A stretch of 64,000 bases of DNA from Octopus bimaculoides (Eukaryota): assembly GCF_001194135.2 (NCBI RefSeq), contig NC_069003.1, positions 10,756,182 through 10,820,181 of the forward strand, given 5' to 3'. The notes beneath the pieces are model-generated. The model saw only the letters and a program-made list of their open reading frames with translations. It searched no databases and was not told where the DNA came from. Positions within the stretch are counted from its first letter, which is position 1. Every line of letters starts with the position of its first letter. Shown piece by piece: positions 39,957-52,400 of the stretch. A program made the position numbers and the translations under genes.

Positions 39957-40190
39957 TATATCTCTCCCACTCTCATTCACATTCTTTATGTCTGTGTCTC
40001 TTTCTTGCCTTTCTCCCTCTTTCTTTTCTCTCTCACTACTGCCTTCTTTTCCACCACTCTCTTTATCTCGTTTTTCTTACTCTTTCTCTCTGTTTATCTC
40101 TTTCCTCCTACCGCTTCCCTGTCTCTGTCTTTCGCCCTCTTTCTTTTTTTCTTTCTCTTTATCTAGTCTATCTCTGTCCCTCTCTCTCAA
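39740..40190 (+). repeat. About 450-bp polypyrimidine (CT-rich) tract with a perfect (CT)n core near 39912-39953
   Basis: Directly visible; it produces the spurious Leu/Ser/Phe ORFs 39701..40312, 39799..40296 and 39894..40166. Confidence 0.9.
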
Positions 40191-40269
40191 CCAATCAATC
40201 ATTCAACTGCAAACCGCAGCTTATTGTCACAGTGAGTTATCTCCCCGCTATTTCTCAGACTCAACAAAA

Positions 40270-40280
40270 TGCGCATGCGT
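40270..40280. promoter_or_regulatory. NRF1/Ewg-type palindromic site TGCGCATGCGT about 80 bp upstream of the PRKCSH ATG
   Basis: 10/11 match to the TGCGCATGCGC consensus, in the proximal upstream region of a housekeeping gene. Motif match only. Confidence 0.5.
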
Positions 40281-40357
40281 ATTCTGTCATTATTAGTGCA
40301 TTAAACACATAAGTAAGACGTGTCATAACCCTGAGACAGGTGACCGGGTCTTAAAAG

Positions 40358-40445
40358 ATGTTTCTCCTTAAATTATGTCTAATTTTCAATTCTTTTTACA
40401 TGTCGAAGGCCAGCGTACCTCGTCCTCGGGGTGTATCGATAACCA
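40358..40445 (+). CDS. PRKCSH: PRKCSH coding exon 1 (88 nt): MFLLKLCLIFNSFYMSKASVPRPRGVSIT; signal peptide plus RPRGVS motif
   Basis: ATG at 40358, hydrophobic leader, conserved RPRGVS motif, donor ACCA|gtaagt at 40446; phase 1 fits exon 2. Confidence 0.9.
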
Positions 40446-41418
40446 GTAAGTATATTTCTTTATTTACCAAAACATAGCCATATATTTTAACCACCTTATC
40501 GTTCCACTTCGCTTAACACCCGGGACCAGATTCAACGGGCACCTTCCTACTTTCTGATCATGTTTTCCCTTCAGAAACTTTTCTTTGTTTTTCTTTCTTT
40601 CAACCTGTTATTTTTCTTTATCATTTACATATAAATATTACCTATCATTATATATATATATATATATATATAGCTGAAATTTTCATTTGAGTTTGTTTTA
40701 CAGGTGTGTTCTAACTTAAACCGGAAAATGTGGTGTTAACGTAATTGTTAAAGAAAATACAGCATAAAGACAATAATTAGTCTTCTTTATCCTCGTTTGT
40801 GTGTGTGTATATATATATATATACATACATACACACACATATATATACATATGTATATATAAATCTATGTATATTTCTTTGAAATTAAATTTAACTTGCA
40901 TCGAAGTTAAATGCTAAATTCCTAGTTTGTATATGTATATGATATGACATATACGAAATATTACATATAATATCTTACAGTTATCTATAATAGTATGAAT
41001 AAACAAACAGTTGTTTTTCGACCCATCTCGCAACGAATTATTAAATTCCACATCTTTCTCTAGTATCTTACCACAATTTCGGAAAGCCTATGTCCCTATA
41101 TTTGATGTTCAAAAATTATATCGGATGATTTTTGCTATTAATCCCAAGACGGGTTGATTTGGAAGTTAAAACTAGAAATATATCGGTCGTTCTTCCCACC
41201 AGACTAGATTTAAAGTGACTACCACAGCCATATTGGCGGTTTGTATTAATATAATAAATAACCCGTAAACAAGTTATTTTAACGCACTCGCCGTCATCCT
41301 CATCGTTTTAACACCCACTTTTGCATACTTGTACGGGTCAGACGGAATTTGTTGAGACAAATTTTCTACAGCCGGATGTGCTTCCTGTCGCCAACCCTCA
41401 CCTGTTTCCAAGCAAGAT

Positions 41419-41539
41419 GGTACTAAAATAGAGGTCCCGACGCATCTAGGTAACCCTAAAACTACCCCTAACACTAACCCTAACGAGTGTGCACTGTAAA
41501 AACATCGATGCATCGGGACATCTGTATTTAAGTCGTGCC
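41419..41539. mobile_element. About 120-bp diverged foldback element with internal CCCTAA-like repeats in PRKCSH intron 1
   Basis: ggtactaaaatagaggtcccgacgcatc ... gatgcatcgggacatctgtatttaagtcgtgcc are imperfect inverted repeats; the core is taaccctaaaactacccctaacactaaccctaac. Confidence 0.6.
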
Positions 41540-43661
41540 AGCTTAGTTACAGGGCATGTTTTTCACAGCAATTGGAAAGAAGGGACACTGCTTGTATGAT
41601 GATGACGACACTTGTTTACGACATGTATGTATACGACAGGCTTCTTTCAGTTTCCGGCTAGTAGCTGTACTTAGAAGGGTTTGGTCCTCCTGGGATTATA
41701 GTAGAAGATACTTATCCAAGGTTATCATTTAGTGTTCGTTTTCCATGCTGACATGGGTTAGACAGTTTGACTTGAACTGGTAAGCCAGAGAGCTGAACCA
41801 GGCTCCTGTCTGTTTTGGCTTTGTTCCTACAGCTGGACGCCATCCATTCCACAGAGTATACTGGGTGCCTTTTACTTGTCACTAGCACTGGTTAGGACTG
41901 ATTTCACTAAGCTTGACGTGTCATCTCAAGCACAGCAAATTGCCAACAGTCTTGGTCACTTGTCCTTGCCTCTGTGAGACTCAACATCCGAAGATCATAT
42001 TTCACTACTTCATTCCCTGTCTTCCTGGGTCTACCTTTTTCACAGGTTCCTTACACAGAGATCATCACAATGTTGTTATTGTTTTTACATAGGCCCAGGC
42101 CCACTCATTTTGAGAGAGAGAGAGTAGGGTCTAGTTTCCTCACTCAGTTCTTGACTGAACTTTGATAAATACCTCAAGTATGGCAAGTAAACTTCATTAT
42201 TCCTCTTTGCCTTCTTTGTGCCTTCAACTACCTCAGATGAAGAAATAAGGGCACTCTTCTGACAGTGGATCTTGAGCATTTAAGTGTTCCAGAATCCCTC
42301 CTCTGCAAGTCTAGATATGGCTGATTAATTCCAGAGAGACATTAACTCTAAAGGGAATGAAAAGCAAAGTTGATTTTGGTAGGACAAGAATTTGAAGTGT
42401 AGAGCAAATACCACAAGGCATTCTAGCTGATACTTTCGATCTTTCAATTCACTGCCTTAAAGTTGAGCATAGTGGGGTTTAACCCCTTTACCTTTTTTCT
42501 ATTAAAACACATTGCTTTTGTTTCAATTCTGAAAGTAATGAATTTAGTAAAATAACTTTCATTATTATTGAGCTGGGATTTGGAACATAAACTAGCACGA
42601 AATTTCGATGGAAGCTTTTAATTTAGATCTCATTAAAGTAAGGAATTAATATATTATGGAACCAGGAGTGATCTTGAGGTCAGTTTTGAAACACAAGGGA
42701 GCCTCTGTTGAAAGTATTTTTGAAAATAAGAGTGGAAGACATAGAGCGATCTGTGGGACTGTGGTGAGAAAGGCTCTACAGATGTTGGGACTCATAGAGG
42801 GGATGCTTTTACGTGCCACCAGCACGAGGGCCAGTCAGGCGGTACTGACAATGGCCATGCTCAAATGAGACTCCTAGCGATTTGCTGTACTTGGAAAGAC
42901 ACGTCAAGCTAAGTAAAAGTGTGGTGCCCTCACTTACAGGGTTGTCCCCTGCAACCCTCTCTAGCTGAGCATCCTTAATCTCATGGGCTTGTAGGGACTG
43001 GTGCCTTGTAAAAATCACCTGTGCCATTGCCATGTAAAAGCACCCTGTACACTCTTGTAAAGTGGCTGGCGTTAGGAAAGGCATCCAACCATAGAAACCT
43101 TGCCAAAACAGACATGGAGCCTGAACAGCTCTTCAGCTGGTCAGCTCCTGTTTTTTACTTTGCAGCTTCCTTTCAGATTTTGCTGCACCATGTCATATGT
43201 TTCCCCAAGAGAAGGTCTTTCTCTCTCAGGTCTTGTTGGGTTTGAACTGTCATTGATGTTTCTGTAACTTTGTTTTTTTGTCTAGGTTGAAATGTTGGCC
43301 CTATTTTTAACTTTGAGAAGAGGTGCTCCATATTAGTCTACCTTTTGACTTGTCCAGCATTGGAGGCACTACCAGGAACTTGCACTCTGCTAGCACAGTT
43401 CTCAGTCATTGGACTTTGTGGACACAACACACACACTGTGGAGGTTAATTACAGGGATGGTAGGAATGGTGTGTGATAGTCTAGGCAAACATATATAAAA
43501 AAATTCATTCAATCAACAGTAATCTTTGCTTTAACCCCCATCTCCAATTGTGTGGGCCTTGTACCAGTATCAAAAATCATTCTTTTACTTTGTGTATATT
43601 CATCTCCCCCCCACTGTGTCTATATATAAATAAAATGTTTTTTGTTTATTTTTTTTTTCAG

Positions 43662-43781
43662 TGGCTTCCTTCTATGCAGGACAATCTGAAAATTTCAGTT
43701 GCCTTGACAACTCATTGGTTGTTCCATTCAATTATGTTAATGATGATTATTGTGATTGCCCTGATGGCTCTGATGAACCAG
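43662..43781 (+). CDS. PRKCSH: PRKCSH coding exon 2 (120 nt): (M)ASFYAGQSENFSCLDNSLVVPFNYVNDDYCDCPDGSDEP(G)
   Basis: Poly-T acceptor ttttttttcag|, donor CCAG|gtaagc, diagnostic VNDDYCDCPDGSDEP motif. Confidence 0.97.
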
Positions 43782-44047
43782 GTAAGCAACTTCTTGGAAG
43801 TTTTTTTAATTTTTTTTTTTTACTTCACTATGTGAGTTAGCATTTGATAAGAAGTAAGTTAAGTAACTTCGAGGTAAACTAGACATTTAGGAATATGGTC
43901 TTAGCTGTTATGAATCATCTGAAAGGTAAGTTTAACTATCTTGGATAGTGTAATTGATAAGCTTATCTTAACTTACTGGCAATAGCTAATATGTAAATGC
44001 TGCTTGTAACATTTCAGAAAAACTGTTCATTTAATTTCTTTTATCAG

Positions 44048-44143
44048 GTACTGCTGCATGTATAAATGGTAAATTTCATTGCACCAATGCAGGTTATATT
44101 CCAAATTACATTCCGTCTTCAAGAGTTAATGATGGTTTCTGTG
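44048..44143 (+). CDS. PRKCSH: PRKCSH coding exon 3 (96 nt): (G)[31 protein letters not shown](D)
   Basis: Acceptor ttcttttatcag|, donor TGTG|gtaggt; FHCTNxGY...SRVNDG motif. Confidence 0.97.
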
Positions 44144-45455
44144 GTAGGTTTTTCTTTTTCTGTTTTCATATTTACAAAGCCAAACCATTCTATAAATATT
44201 GACAAAAAAATATTTCCCAGAGTGTTTTTTTTTTCTTCTTCTCTCTCTTCCTATTCTTTCTCTCCTGCTTTCTACTCTTTCTTTATCTCCTCCTCCCTTG
44301 TGAGTAGAAAGACACAAGGGACCTGATCCAAATGCTTGCAATGGTGAACTCTCCTGAAGACTTCCAAGGGAGTTGGTGCTGTTAAACTAGCAGACAGATA
44401 AAATCTACTGTACCAAAAGATTTACTGTCCACCAGCTTCACTTACAGGCCTTGGGGCAACATGAGGATATCCTAAGGAACATATATTTAAGGCTCCTTGA
44501 GGGACTAAGCCACAAAACATGGTTGAGAAGCAANNNNNNNNNNNNNNNNNNNNNNNNNNNNNNNNNNNNNNNNNNNNNNNNNNNNNNNNNNNNNNNNNNN
44601 NNNNNNNNNNNNNNNNNNNNNNNNNNNNNNNNNNNNNNNNNNNNNNNNNNNNNNNNNNNNNNNNNNNNNNNNNNNNNNNNNNNNNNNNNNNNNNNNNNNN
44701 NNNNNNNNNNNNNNNNNNNNNNNNNNNNNNNNNNNNNNNNNNNNNNNNNNNNNNNNNNNNNNNNNNNNNNNNNNNNNNNNNNNNNTAAGACATGTTCTAG
44801 TGTTAAAGGGTCAATACAAATTAAGACTAGAAACGTTAGCATGCCGGATGAAATGCTTGACGGTATTTCGCCTGTCTTGACGTTCTGAGTTCAAATTCTG
44901 CTGAGGTCAACTTTGCCTTTCATCCTTTCGGGGTCGATAAATGAAGTACCGTTTTCGTCCTGGGGTTGATTTAATCGACTAGTCTCCTCCCCCAAAATTT
45001 CGGGCCTTGTGCCTAGAATAAATAAAAAATAAAAAAATCCTTTACAATTGTTGGCTCTTGTCTCAGTGTAAGAAAGCCTTGTTCTTGAGCCCTGATTGAG
45101 ATTTGATCCAGCAAACCAATGATGACCAAAAACCTTTAACTCGTGACCAAAGATTCCCTAATTGGAACTACATTGTCTAATGCATCCATATTTCTAAAGG
45201 TTGTAAATAGAGAGATATTTGGCTTCAATTCTACCAGGTTGAGTGGTCAATGTGTCAGCTACCTGATTGACTAAAAATTTAGTTAGGATGAGATAGCGGA
45301 GTGGGTGGGGTTTGTGCGGGTCACTTCCTATGTTACAATTTAGCTAACGTACCAGTGTTAAGTGGGATGAGTACCTTGGACACTTAGGATCATTTTTCTT
45401 TTAGATAGATTTTTTAACGCTATTGTTATCTAAAGATGTTTATCTTTTTAATCAG

Positions 45456-45513
45456 ATTGCTGTGATGGAACTGATGAATACTCAGAAATCATCTCTTGTC
45501 CTAATAAATGCAT
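45456..45513 (+). CDS. PRKCSH: PRKCSH coding exon 4 (58 nt): (D)CCDGTDEYSEIISCPNKC(I)
   Basis: Acceptor tttttaatcag|, donor GCAT|gtaagt; CCDGTDEY motif. Confidence 0.96.
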
Positions 45514-46204
45514 GTAAGTTGTATTGTTGTTTCATTGTCTTTCATATTGCTTCTTTGTCAGTCTTAATTGTTTTTCTCATTTCTCTTTCTGCCTTTTGTT
45601 ATAACATCACATAAAAGCACCCAGGCCACACCACTATAAAGTGGTTGGTATTTGTGTCTGCAGCTGGATGCCCTTCATAAGTTTAGCTCTTCTGCTTGCC
45701 AGCTCTGGTCAAACCATGCAACCCATACCAGCATGGAAAATGGACGTTAAATGATGATGACATACACACATATCTCGTTTTAATATTTGCTTTTCCATGC
45801 TTGCATGTGTTGAATGGAACTTGTTCAGGCAGATTTTCTTTGACTGGATGTCCATCTTGTTACCAACCCTCCCCTGTTTCCAAATAAGGTAATTCCCCCG
45901 GCCCAGGAATGTTTTTGAAGAATCTTGGAAATGAATGATATTCTTTTCCAACAATCACAAGACAAGACCAGCCTAAACATTGCCCACACACATTATTGAT
46001 GCCATATATATTGTATTTTATGTGTTCCTTAGCAGTGGGATACTGCCAGGGGGAATGTCTCTTTAAGATGAGTGCTGAAAAACACTGAATACCCAAACCA
46101 GGTGAGACAACTCAAACTGTAAATGTTCGAGAACAGTGGATATCGATATATACACACACGCACAGAGCATCAAACTAATACACTTTGTTTTTTGTACAAT
46201 TTTG

Positions 46205-46257
<53 letters not shown>

Positions 46258-46260
<3 letters not shown>

Positions 46261-46621
46261 TTGGCACTCCGTCGCTTATGACGTCGAGGGTTCCAGTTGA
46301 TCCGATCAACGGAACAGCTTGCTCGTGAAATTAACGTGCAAGTGGCTGAGCACTCCACAAACTCGTATACCCTTAATGTAGTTCTCGGGGATATTCAGTG
46401 TGACAAGGCTGACCCTTTGAATTACAGGCACAACAGAAACAGGAAGTAAGAGTGAGAGAAAGTTTTGATGGAAGAGTACAGCAGGGTTCGCCACCATCCC
46501 CTGCCGGAGCCTTGTGGAACTTTAGGTGTTTTCGTTCAATAAACACTCGCAACGCCCGGTCTAGGAATCGAAACCGCGATCCTATTATCGCGAGTCCGCT
46601 GCCCTAACCACTGGGCCATTG
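46258..46621 (-). mobile_element. tRNA-headed SINE family B (antisense to PRKCSH)
   Basis: Reverse complement of 57962-58335 over about 350 bp. Confidence 0.88.
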
Positions 46622-47114
46622 AGAGAGAGAGAGAGACACACACACATACAGAAAATAAGCGCCTTTCAGTTGCTGTCTACCAAATCCACTTGCAAGACTG
46701 TGGTTTACCTGGGTCTACAATAGAAGACACTTAACCAAGGTAACATGCAGTGGGATTGAACCCCAAGCCATATGGTTAGGAAGCTAACTTCTTCACCACA
46801 CAACCATGGCCCATGTGAGTTAAGGTGTAAGAAAACAGTACAGGTAAAGATTTTCCAGGAAATTGCCAAATCTAGAAAGGAAGGACTGGCAAATGTGATT
46901 AGTAACTTGATAACGAGAAAAGGAATGAGTAGAGAAGATCTGTGTGTCTCTGGTGGTAGTGGCCCCTAATATTACTGAGATTTGGCTGCTATTACTAGCA
47001 TTTCAAATGACCATGTAGAGGCTTTCTTGTTGGTTTATGTACTTTGTAGTCACAAAGAAAAATCTTTGTCCAGGACTGAAACTTACTGTGCATCTTATTT
47101 TAAAACAATTGCAG

Positions 47115-47232
47115 AGAATTGGGTAAAAAGGCAATGGAAGAACGTATGAAAGTGCATAAGATGCAGATGGAAGGTTTTGCTAAAAAGCAAGAATTCATCA
47201 ATGAGGGTAAAAAAGCAAAGGAAGAAAAGAAG
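47115..47232 (+). CDS. PRKCSH: PRKCSH coding exon 5 (118 nt): ELGKKAMEERMKVHKMQMEGFAKKQEFINEGKKAKEEKK (coiled coil)
   Basis: Acceptor ttgcag|, donor AAG|gtgagt; phase 2 in and phase 0 out; aligns by eye with human EKGRKERE...EGFRLKK...EEKQ. Confidence 0.93.
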
Positions 47233-47919
47233 GTGAGTAGCTTTTTTATCTTTTGTTTCATTCATTAGACTGTGGCCATGCTGGGGCACCACCTTGAAGG
47301 GTTTACTTGATCAAACCATCCCCAATACTTATTTAAAGTCAATTTTGCCACACTGCTTTGGGGGATGTAAACATACCAACACCTGTTGACAAGCAGTGGT
47401 GGTGGGGGCAAACATATACATACATTATATAAACCCAAAGCTCTTCCACTTTTAACTAAAGTGCTAACGTGTGTTAGTTACAGGCTGAAGAGCTATGTGT
47501 ATATATGCGCACACACATACACGGCTTTTCAACCTGTGACTAAAATGTCAATGCATGAAACTCTTGGCCCTTGAGTCACTCTGTTGCTTCTGCTAAATAT
47601 TAATAAAAATATATCACACAGACACACACAATCTCAAAAGTAAACCTGCTATTATTTTTGAAAGATTCATTTCTAGAAACTGTGTCGGTATATGTATATA
47701 TGTAAAGGAGCACTCTGTCAGTTACGACGAGGGTCCCAGCTGATAGGGTCAATGACGTGCAAGTGGCTGAGTACTCCACAGACATGCATACCTTTAATGT
47801 AGTTCTCGGAGAGTCAGCATGACACAGTGTTATAAGGCTGGCCCTTTGAAATACCTTATGATCATGAGCCAAATGCCCTAACCACTAAGCCACCTTCACT
47901 ATGTGTGTGTGTGTGTGTG

Positions 47920-47957
<38 letters not shown>

Positions 47958-49064
47958 CGTCCAACCCATGCTAGCATGGAAAGCGGACGTTGAACGACGA
48001 TGTTGATGATATATATGTGTATACACACACACACACATGCACGATGGACTTCCATATTGTGGTTTCTATTCCTGGACTGGGCAATGCATTGTGTTGAGCA
48101 AAACACTTCATGTTACTCCTGTCTACTCAACTGATAAAAAATGAGTAATCCTGAAACAGACCAGCGTCCTGTCCAGGGAGGAGTATGTATGCCAGAGAAA
48201 CGAGCCTTATGCTCCTTACAGTGCCATGTTGTCTAACCAAGCAACCATAGTATGATAGAAATGGATTTATTGTTGTGAGAGGGTGGTGGTGAGTAACATT
48301 AGGATGTGGTGGATGTCCGAGAGTTTATCTGAAAAGATGAAAGACAACATCAGCCTCAGCAGAATTTGAACTCAGAACATGAAGCTTGAAATACTGTTTA
48401 ACATTTTGCCGGAATGCTAATGATTCTGTCAGCTTGCCACCTTGTGTAACGTAAATTAACATGCAATTTTGCTGGAGGTGTTTATTTTAGGTAATTTTAA
48501 AGCATGAAATATAGAACTGGGGTTGTCTCAGGCAGGTTGGTATCAAAAGGGCTAAATACTGGTTGCAACATATACATTTAACCATTATTTAAATAGTAAT
48601 CTTTGCCAGTGCCGTTGGACTGGCTCCTGTGCAGGTGGCATGTAAAATACACCATTTTGAGCGTGGCCGTTACCAGTACCGCCTGACTGGCCTTCATGCC
48701 GGTGGCACGTAAAAGCACCCACTACACTCTCGTAGTGGTTGGTGTTAGGAAGGGCATCCAACCGTAGAAACTCTGCCAAATCAGATTGGAGCCTGGTGTA
48801 GCCATCTGGTTCACCAGTCCTTAGCCAAATTGTTCAACACATGCTAGCATGGAAAACGGACGTTAAATGACGATGATGATAATCTATCCATTATAAAAAT
48901 AGTTGCAAATGTTGTGTAATGTCTCTCAGTGTATGTCTAAGTAGGTGAATAGAAAAAGCATGGTAATGAAATGACTGAAGATTCTGGGAGAGTGATTGAT
49001 TAAAATTTCTTCTTGAATTAGTAATATTTTTCGTCTTTTTTTAAAAAATCTCTTTCATATATAG

Positions 49065-49128
49065 AGCAAACTGATAGAGTTGGAGGCACTGAAAATTGCA
49101 GCCGAACAGCACAAGACAGAAATGGAAG
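49065..49128 (+). CDS. PRKCSH: PRKCSH coding exon 6 (64 nt): SKLIELEALKIAAEQHKTEME
   Basis: Acceptor tctttcatatatag|, donor GAAG|gtaata; KLIEL motif as in human KKLIELQAGK. Confidence 0.88.
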
Positions 49129-50719
49129 GTAATATGTTTAATATTTTTTTAATCACACCTATTACAATATTTTATTTTTGTAGAAATACTCTGAAGTCGA
49201 CCTTGGCAGAATTTGAACTCAGAACATAAAGCTTGATGAAAGGCTGTAAGCATATTATCGACATGCTAACAATTCTGCAAGCCTTGCCACCTTGTGTAAC
49301 ATAAATATGCAATTCTGATGGAAGGGTTTATTTTAGATAATTTTAAATTGCAAAGTATCATAGAACAGGGGTTGCCTCAGGCAGGTTGGTATCAAAAGGG
49401 TTAAATACTGGCTGTGGCATAGACTTTCAACCCTTATTTAAATAATAATTTATCCATTTTTCTAGCATAAATTGAAACATTATTTGCAAAGATAGTTGCA
49501 AATGTGTAATGCTACCCAACATTCTTTTGCTTTATTGTTTTCCTGCTCAAAAATAAGTCGGTACACTCTGTAAGGTGCCTGGTGTTAGGAAGAACAGCCA
49601 GCAGTAGAAACCATGCCAAAGCAGGCATTGGTGACCAACATGGCTCTACAATTCATGGAACTCTGTCAAACCATCCAGCCCATATTAGTATGGAAAACGG
49701 ACATTAAATGATGAAGGTTAATCAACCCAAGACTCGAAGAGATTCAGGTCACTGTCTCTTCCCATTTATTAAGATAAATGAGCTAATTGAAACTAAAAGT
49801 TTCATGGTAATTGAAACTCAAAGTATGATTGTAGGACGAGCACAAATGTCTTACTACAGAGGTGAAATTTAGTTGATGGAATTTGGGGAAAGCCATCATA
49901 TATGTACATGTGCATGTCTGTGTCAATATTTACACATTTAAAACTGGTAGTGTTCTTTCCATCTTATTGTTCCACAGTTTAGCCTCTTAGCATAAAGCTA
50001 CCTCTCTTGGGAATCCATAGTATTGCAAGCTGCATGGCAGCCTCACTTGTGCTGGTGACACAAAAAATTTCACTAGTGCCAGCCACTTTATGGTACACGT
50101 AAAATGCTTGGTGCTAGGAAGGGCATTCAAGCATAGAAACCATGCCAAAGTGGACAGTGGAACACAATAGTCTCTGGGCCTATTGTGTCCTGTCAAACCA
50201 TTGAACCCATTCCAGTATGAAGCAAGGATGTTAAATGATGATATAGAAGTTTATGAAATAAATACATGGGGTGATATGGTCAACAAAACACTTCAAAAGA
50301 GGTGTCCATAGCTGCAAATTGTTGGATACTGTCAAGCCATCCAACCTCTGCTAGGATGGAAGATGGACCTAAAATGATAATGATGTTGTATAGTGGACCC
50401 TTTAGTTTTGCTGAGTACTTGGTAACCTCCTTAGTGCTGGTGATTTAATGATGTTCATCCCTTACATTCTGTAAAGTGGTTGGTCCTTCTTAGCACCAGC
50501 CACTTGACAGCATGTACTGGATGCTTTTCTCATGCCACTGGCACTACTACTGAGGTTGCCATGTAGCTTGTAAGACTCACAAGACCCAGAAGCGGTGGAT
50601 GTTGGCTTTACACTAGGAAATGAGGAGTTCCAAATGATAATCACTTCTTCAGGTTCTTGTTTCATTTTACAATTCATATTTTTATATTTTTTGTTTTATT
50701 TTTTATTTTATGTCTTCAG

Positions 50720-50785
50720 CTGAAAAGAATTCAGCAGAAGGTCCTGAAAAATTGGCTAAAGACACACATGAAAAGGCCTGGGAGG
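50720..50785 (+). CDS. PRKCSH: PRKCSH coding exon 7 (66 nt): (A)EKNSAEGPEKLAKDTHEKAWE(E)
   Basis: Acceptor tatgtcttcag|, donor GAGG|gtaagt; aligns with human KEEAEKPEREAKEQHQKLWEE. Confidence 0.92.
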
Positions 50786-52134
50786 GTAAGTTTTTTTTCT
50801 TTTCTTTTTTTTTTCCCCATTTGTTTTAGTGGCCCTCCAGTTATAATGATAATGAGTGCACCAGTTGATCTGTCAACTGAACAGCCTACCTCTCAAATTA
50901 ACATGCCAGTGGCTGAGCACTCCACAGACATGCACACCCTTAAATGTAGTTCTCGGGGAGATTCAGCACGACACTGAATGTAACAAGGTTTGCCCTTTGA
51001 AATACAGGTACTTCTCATTTTTGCCTGCTGAGTAGACTGGAGTAGTTTGAAATAATACTTGCTCAAAGACACAAGCTACTGCTTGGAATCGAACTCACAG
51101 CCTTACAGTTGTTAGCCAAATACTCTAACCACTAAGCCACATGCCTTCACTATTTCTATTTTAATTTCTAATTGTAAGATGGAGAACAGCTTTGTGTAGC
51201 CATAAGGTAACTCTCATTGAACTACCTTATTTCTGTAACTTAGCGGTTCAACAAAAGAGGGGTTTATCTGATTTGTTCAACTAAATTCTTCAAGGCAGTA
51301 CCTCGGCATAGCTATTTAATGACTGGAACAGATTAAATGAGCCATCCAGGACTACATTGTTTAATTTATCCTTCCTTTTTCTTTTAATATGGTGTGATTT
51401 TGAGAAGTGTTTTTGCTGCTATTTCTAGCAAGTGAAGTGACTAAATTTAGCGTTATTAGTATGGTTGTGAAAGAAGGTGAGCATTAAAGACACCATTGAG
51501 AATATATGGGTATATAGATGAAAAGCGACTGTATTATGTATGTATGGGTGATGTGGTGACCTAAAAAATGTTCTGACAGAAATGTCAAATATCATCTCAA
51601 GATATGGGCATTTAAAAGTGAATTGACCCAGGATGGGGAAGAGTAAGTTATAGACAGTGATATACCAGGATTCAGAACTGTTAAGTCAGAATTTATCATG
51701 GAAAAGATGTTAACCATTTTGTTGCTGTTTTTCAAAGACATACTGCTTCTTTGTTTCATTTATTTTTTTAAAAATAACCAAGATATTTCAGGAGTCTTAT
51801 TAAACTTAATTTTTCATTTTAAGATAATGTTTGAAATATAATTTTACAAAATTTACATAAAATTTAGAAAGGGAGAGTTTTAATTAGTCTTGACACTGAC
51901 GTACAATGAGTGTCCTTCTGTGGAAACCTGTCAAGTCATGGGGAAATAATACCTCACTTGGAAACTGGTGAGAATTGGCAACAGGAAGGACATCAAGGTT
52001 TTAGAAAATCTACTTCAATGAATTCTGTCTGACCCTTGCTAGCGTTGGAAAGCAGATGTTAAACTTTGACGAGGATATATGTATGTACGTAAGTGTAGGT
52101 GTGTATGCTTGTGTTTCTAACCTCGACATTGCAT

Positions 52135-52400
52135 GATCATCATCATTGTTTAACGTCTGCTTTCCATGCTGGCATGGGTTGGATGGTTTGACTGGGGAAT
52201 GGTGAGCCAGATGGCTGCACTCTGATCTGGCAGTTTCTAAAGGTTTCAAGGTCGTGCTTCATCACCTCATCCCAGATCTTCCTGGGTCTACCTCTTCCAC
52301 AGTTTCCCTCAACTGCTAGAGTGTGACACTTTTTCACACAGCTATTCTCATCCATTCGCACCACATGACCAGACCAGCGCAGTCGTCTCTCTTGCACACT
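52135..52400 (-). mobile_element. RTE-clade LINE 3' fragment with internal deletion and (GAT)n tail
   Basis: QERRLRWSGHVVRM...GRGRPRKIWDEVMKHDL fused to a 3' UTR ending ...agcatggaaagcagacgttaaacaatgatgatg on the minus strand. Confidence 0.85.

Noticed and set aside
39701-40312. 203-aa hydrophobic ORF resembling a multi-pass membrane protein
   Set aside because: Translation of the CT-rich tract (Leu/Ser/Phe only); three frames show the same artefact.
2500-41000. Apparent alternation of CpG-retaining and CpG-depleted zones as a footprint of gene-body methylation
   Set aside because: Confounded by repeat age (young CpG-rich SINEs also sit inside PRKCSH introns); it needs a computed CpG o/e profile and bisulfite data.
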